Below are positions 58,780-64,000 of a stretch of 64,000 bases of DNA, in pieces. Below the pieces are notes generated by a model, which was not told where the DNA came from, did not search any database, and saw only the letters and a program-made list of their open reading frames with translations. This DNA is from Epithemia pelagica (lineage: Eukaryota > Protista > Bacillariophyta). Made by a program: the position numbers and the translations under genes. The stretch is taken from the NCBI GenBank assembly GCA_946965045.2, contig OX337240.1:2790001-2854000 (forward strand), in the 5' to 3' direction. Every line of letters starts with the position of its first letter. The stretch's first letter is position 1.

Positions 58780-60095
58780 TTATGTGACATAGTGATTTTT
58801 GCGCATCAAGGTATCCAAATCCGTAATGCCATAGCGTTGCGGACATCGTGTTTCCATGATATTCTTACCCGTCAAGGTATGGGTCGTCTTGTTCAAGTAT
58901 TCCTTGCCCATGCAGTCTTGACACCACTCAATGACTTGATCCATGTGCGGCGTGGGTACATGGGCCAATTCGGCAATGCCTCGCGTGACAATCAAGCCAC
59001 AGGGAATGTCTTCGGAAAAGTAGCGGTATTGAAAATTGGGCTTGTATTTCGTACTGCCATCGTCCATGGTGGTGGCCGTCATGGGATGCGTCAATCCCCG
59101 ATATCCCTTGTTGGTCAAGAGCATGGTATACAAATTGGTCGTATCGCCAATATCGGTCCCGTACGATCGAATCATCCAGTCCTTGACATGATGCAAGGCC
59201 GTCAAGGTGAGAGTGGGATAGCGTTGCTGCAAGACACGGCCCAATTCCAAGACTTCATTGGAAATGTGCGTCAACAATTCCCCGGTATATTCACTGGCAC
59301 CTTGATAAAAGAGGGGTGGTTCGTCAAAGGGAATACTGACATCCTTGTTGTGATAAAAGCAATAGGAAATGGTGGGATGCCAGACGGAATTGATATTCAT
59401 GAGCGTGACGGCCAAGAAATTGTCGGCCGGTTGCAACTTGGGCAGCGGTCCCACCAAGTGTTGCAAGACGTCCAAGACGGGTTGTGTGCTGGTAGTCGTG
59501 TCCTTGTTGTCGTCATCGGTATGTTTGACAGTAATCACGACATCAATTTCCTTTTTCGTGCCGAGTACTTCGACGGTTTTGCCGTACTCGACAATGTGAC
59601 AGGCCCAGGGCAGCGTTTCCAAGGCACTGACATGACTGGCATTGCAAAAGTCATCGCCCAAGACATGACGGGCACACAAATCAAAGCCGCCTTCGCCGGG
59701 CATGGCAATGAGCACGACGCCTTGTTTCAAGTGCGGTTTCAACGCTTGTAAGTATTGTTCGTGGGTAAAACTGGGCAAGGCCAAAATGACGACAACACGA
59801 GGGCACCAGTTGAGCGGGGTCGTCCGAAATTTCTGTGGGACGACCATACACGCTTTCTTTTTTATCTTATATCTCTTTTATCTCTCTTTCCCAAATCATT
59901 TTGACAACACACGCCCTCGTCGCCCAAGGCTTGCGTCAAGCGGTCGGCTTCACCGGGAAAGAGGGACAAGATGCGCACCTCGCAATCGGGACATTTGTCG
60001 TTGGATCCAATGTATCTGGTCAAGACATGAATGGCATTGCCACCGCCACACAAGAGCACCTGTGTGGTCGTTTTGTTGGTCGTTGTCGTGGACAT
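58780..60095 (-). pseudogene. Opine (octopine/nopaline-type) dehydrogenase family gene, disrupted at ~59790-59890
   Basis: VLLCGGGNAIH, ILALPSFTH, LETLPWACH, NINSVWHP, RYFSEDIPCGL, TPHMDQVIEW. The N-terminus, the segment ESVYGRPTEISDDPAQLVPSC and the remainder are in three different frames, with a ~28-nt purine-rich insert containing TAA. Confidence 0.8.
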
Positions 60096-60410
60096 GATGA
60101 TGAGCAAGGAAGGAGAGAGTGTGTGTGTATCTTGGCTGTTGTGTGTCAGTTTGGATGGTTCTGGTTTTTTGTGCCATCATCTTTCATCTTCCACATCTTT
60201 TTTTATCTTGCGCGAGAAAGCATGGCCTCGCAGTGTTCGCGTTCGTGCCGACCGCAGATGCTCGGTCCAAGCGCCTTTGCGAAGCATAGCATACCTACCC
60301 TCTAGCGATCACAGAAAAAGTATTTCTAGTCTTTTTTCATTATATTTGAAATTATAACGATAGATAGTACTTGCAGTCTCCGCATTTGGAGACCCGAGGG
60401 AACAGATTCC

Positions 60411-61215
60411 TTGGATTCGTTCCAACCAAACGACAGATGCTCACGTTGTGTTGTCTGTCCCACAGGTAATTCTGGGTCGCACATGAGACGCGTGACTGAC
60501 TGTGTGGTTTCTGTGCGCGACGAAGCTTCGCATTCATCTACCCCCAAGCGCCGGGCGAGTATTGAGTCGCACTTAAAAAGGGCTTTCGTATACTCACCCC
60601 CATGGCGCGATCCTGAGCTCTCGGTGTTGATACAAAATCCCAAACCACACACATTGTCTCCCCACATTCATTACGGTGGCCGAGGTACGGTGCCTGTGAA
60701 GGACCTTATCAATGTCTTCATCTTCCCACCGAAAGCATCGTCTCTCTCAGAAGCAAGACCAAGAGGCTGTTGAGGCGCAAGGTGCATCCGAAGCGTCCCG
60801 AGCGTCAATGCAAGATGGCAGAAACAACAGCATCGCCAAAACTCAGAACGTATCTTCACAAGAGCCGAATCCTCCCACCCCTTCTCCATCCAATCCGTTT
60901 CCTTTCTTTCATTGGTCCAAGTCACCACCTTGGCTCTTCCGTGGTGATGATACCGCAGCACAAGGTCATCTCGAACCAAACACCGCACAACCAACAAGCA
61001 ACAGAGGTGCATCTTCCCTGTCCTTCCACCTTCTACACCGTCGTCACTCTTTGGGACAAGTCGAGTTTGCAACTCAATCTTCGCCGGTCAAAGCATTGTA
61101 CATCTCGCAAGTGTTTGAGGAGGAAAACCAAGAAGCAACTAATACAAAACCGCCGTTCCGCTTTCCACTCCCGAGTTGCATCGCTTCAATGTATGGTTCA
61201 ATCTTTCTAGTTTGA
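60411..61215 (+). pseudogene. Fragmented hypothetical gene, paralogous to 61579-62352
   Basis: TPKRRASIESHLKRAFVYSPPWR vs TPKRRVSFESRLSRRKYAFVFSPPWR; DNA similarity extends to CTCGGTGTTGATACAAAATC. Confidence 0.4.
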
Positions 61216-61578
61216 TTCTCACACCGGCCATGGTTGTTGGTTTCATTTTGGCCTTTGATTGTACCTGCGGCGTTGGTTGTCATTGTCATTCTCAAATCCA
61301 ACCCACATGTGGTTTCGGCCAATACAGCGGCCACAGTGGCTACACTACGGCCTATTTGCCTAACTATGTGCTTTCCATTGTGACAGTGGCTGGGTGGGCA
61401 GCCACGGGACAGTACATTACCCTGCCCGATGAGAATGGTCAAACAATATGTGATCGACCATTCCATCTATTGTATTTTTATTTCCACGTTGCACCGCTCT
61501 TGTGGGCACTTGGAACAAAGCATGAGTGACACAACTGTCGATGGATCCTGTCGGTCATGAACGCTATTTCATTTGCAC

Positions 61579-62352
61579 TTATTCTTTTTCCTTGTTGACA
61601 CATGAATGACCATGCACGTTGCTATTACATTTAAACCATAAAATGATGTTTAGACTATCACGCAATTGTTCAATTTGAAGGATTCTCCTCCCACACACAC
61701 TTTTGAATCTTATCAATAATTTCGTGTCACTGAGTGCTTTTACGAAAGCATGGTATGGGAATGGACAATGGTGACTCCACAAAGAAAACCAGCGACGGCT
61801 CGCACGGCGGACTTCCCACCACCGGTGGCGCGGACAAGAAGCAGAGGACACATGATGGGAGGGGAGGTAGGTTGCAGAGTGTGCCGCTTGCCAGTCCGTG
61901 AAGGAAAGCAATATGGGCTGCTCAAGTAGGGCTAACGCATGAGGGTTATTGATAGGAAACGGGGAAGCGAGTTGGACGGGTTGAATAGAGGTGTCGTGGG
62001 AGTTTGTTGCATGGTCATCACTGTCGTCGTTGTTGTTATGACGGAGGGCTGATAGAACCTCTGCAGTGGATACAGATTGGTTCGTTGCACGTACCAGTGA
62101 CGTCGTAGATAGCTCTTCAATAGTGTTAGTTTCCTGGGAAAAACGTTGGAATGGGTTGGAAGGGTCCATGATTGATGCACTTGGCCTCACAAGTTTGGAT
62201 CCGCGGTGAAGGCGTTGAGGTGCAAATGATTTTGTATCAACACCGAGAAATCGCCAAATTTGGAGGACGCGCCATGGGGGTGAGAACACGAATGCATATT
62301 TTCTCCGACTCAGGCGGGATTCAAAACTCACCCGGCGCTTGGGGGTACGCAT
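61579..62352 (-). CDS. Hypothetical protein, 257 aa
   Basis: ATG-initiated ORF with a diverged inverted paralog ~1 kb away. Confidence 0.4.
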   Translation of the reverse strand: MRTPKRRVSFESRLSRRKYAFVFSPPWRVLQIWRFLGVDTKSFAPQRLHRGSKLVRPSASIMDPSNPFQRFSQETNTIEELSTTSLVRATNQSVSTAEVLSALRHNNNDDSDDHATNSHDTSIQPVQLASPFPINNPHALALLEQPILLSFTDWQAAHSATYLPSHHVSSASCPRHRWWEVRRASRRWFSLWSHHCPFPYHAFVKALSDTKLLIRFKSVCGRRILQIEQLRDSLNIILWFKCNSNVHGHSCVNKEKE

Positions 62353-62648
62353 TCATCCCCCACAAAGAATGTCCGCCCGATCGGAGTGAGATCTTTTCTC
62401 GCGAAAGCCCCCATAAGGAACAGACAGTGCTGACCAGGAACCAGGACGTTGAATGAGAACCACCACCAACAACAACCACAAACGAGTGAGGGTGAGGGGT
62501 GGTTGTTGTTGGATTAGTGTTGGTGTCACCCGACTACCAGACACAAAAAGCCAAACGCCATTCGACGACACGGGCCAGTACGAGATAGATTCTCTACTAC
62601 TCAAAGATAGAACCTCATCATTCGACAAATCCAACCAAACAACAAGCC

Positions 62649-63788
62649 ATGGTGCCGTACCACAAGAATCCTCCAGGAAACAACAACCGACAAGTCTACT
62701 CGGAACAACCACCACCACAACAACTATGGAAGTAGGTACCAGCTTGGTTCCAGATGGGAGTCGACGAATGCCGTTCCGGTTCAGGATGACGAGGAACTAT
62801 ACAGGACCAGACGGACGACGGTAGCAGGATGGACGTTTTTTTTCTGGGTGCGGCTTCCGTTTGTGGTTGGTTGATTGGGTGGGGGAGCGGCGACCGTCGG
62901 TGCCTTTTTTTCGTTGGCAGCATTCCACTCGTGCCCTTGCCCCATGCCGTGACATTGCAATTCCTTACGGTGCCACCCTTTGCCGCCGTCATTGCCGTGT
63001 GCATGGTGGCCGAACCCTGACTCCCTCTGGATCAAATGGGGGCCGTCGTCTGTTTGGCCGGTGTCATTTTCTCATTGCCCATTCCATCAGCGTCCTGTTT
63101 GGATCCGATACTAGTACTACGAATGACAAGGAACCGGAGCATGACACGGCCCTGTGGTTGCAGACGGTGGCCGTCCTGGTGTGTACCGCGGGTGCCGCCT
63201 GGGCGGGCATGGTCCCTGTCATGGCGCGCAAACTTGGTCATGGCGCCTCGGCGACCGTCATGGTCTTGTAGTAGTGTGGCGCCATGAGAGTTTGCCCGCC
63301 CTGACCGTATTGGAATCCTACCTGTGACACAGAACCTGGCGTGTTTGGCAGCCACTGGGATCTGGTGTTTCGCTGTGGGAATGGACCTGTGTCGTGTGCT
63401 CATGGGCCTGGCCGGCCATGGCGGTCCATGGTGTACCAATTGGGGCGTGCCACACGAAACGGCCGCCAAGGCCACGTCGACGCAAATTGTTTGGACCAAT
63501 CTGTTTGCTTGCTCCACGAACCCCTCCAAGTCTGGACGAGTTTGGCTGGTACGGCCCTCATTTTGGGATACGACATGCGGATTGTGGCCCTCTCGTCAAA
63601 CAACATGTGCCGCAATGATCACCACAAGAACAAGTGTCCACTACTAGCAAGGAACCCGACGAACGACACGCACTCCTCTTGCCATCATTGTCGTCGTCCG
63701 TTGTCGATGAAAAAGTGGCGGCGGCAGGTCCACACGACAAACCGTGTCGTCAACACCCCCCTACGGACAACAGTCGAACCCTGCGTGA
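62649..63788 (+). pseudogene. Decayed inverted copy of the EamA transporter gene
   Basis: LPHAVTLQFLTVPPF, ALWLQTVAVLVCTAGAAWAGM, HETAAKATSTQIVWT in shifting frames with a large 5' deletion; flanks 62520-64000 match 47575-49640 in reverse complement. Confidence 0.88.
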
Positions 63789-64000
63789 ATCAAAAACAAA
63801 AAAAGGCTCGATGTATGGATTTCTGTAACAACATTGCATCTAGTTTGTATTTCTAGTTCTACACTATTTAAAATTGGAGAGCCACCAGTGTGTTCGTCTT
63901 CTTCTTGTTGTTGTTGTTTGTGACGACCATGGGAGAGCACGATTCCCATCGTTGGACCTAGAACGATCTCCATTCTACAATGCTGTACTAGTGCTGGCTA

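Noticed and set aside
58702-59751. 349-aa plus-strand ORF
   Set aside because: Antisense shadow of the opine dehydrogenase.
59840-59915. Intron that would repair the opine dehydrogenase frame
   Set aside because: No suitable GT donor at the lesion and the segment is purine-rich with no polypyrimidine tract; a second frameshift would remain.
1-64000. tRNA, rRNA or CRISPR loci
   Set aside because: None recognised by eye; tRNAscan-SE or Infernal would be needed to exclude them formally.

Overview
Eukaryotic nuclear DNA, most consistent with a pennate diatom (short GT-AG introns, CoDi-type Copia elements, diatom-style low-complexity proteins). Ordinary genes: formate-tetrahydrofolate ligase (-), a low-complexity hypothetical protein, an RNI-like LRR protein, a TKL-type kinase, a three-kinase-domain CaMK-like protein, an EamA/DMT transporter plus a decayed inverted copy, and a disrupted opine dehydrogenase. 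A four-TM protein family with an 11-nt first coding exon (MPCC) occurs at nine loci, including a tandem array at 40-47 kb and a chimeric member fused to a Cys-rich, probably GPI-anchored ectodomain. Mobile DNA: the 3' end of one Copia element (1-~2350), a complete Copia element with 783-bp LTRs, a CGGTA TSD and an extra upstream ORF (50055-58396), and the most striking feature, a 5.7-kb TIR DNA transposon (30651-36387). That element has perfect 58-bp TIRs flanked by TA, an uninterrupted Mutator-type DDE transposase ORF, and a convergent TET/JBP-like Fe(II)-dioxygenase gene preceded by four 179-bp intron-exon-like repeats. All family assignments come from motif recognition by eye; no database searches were run.
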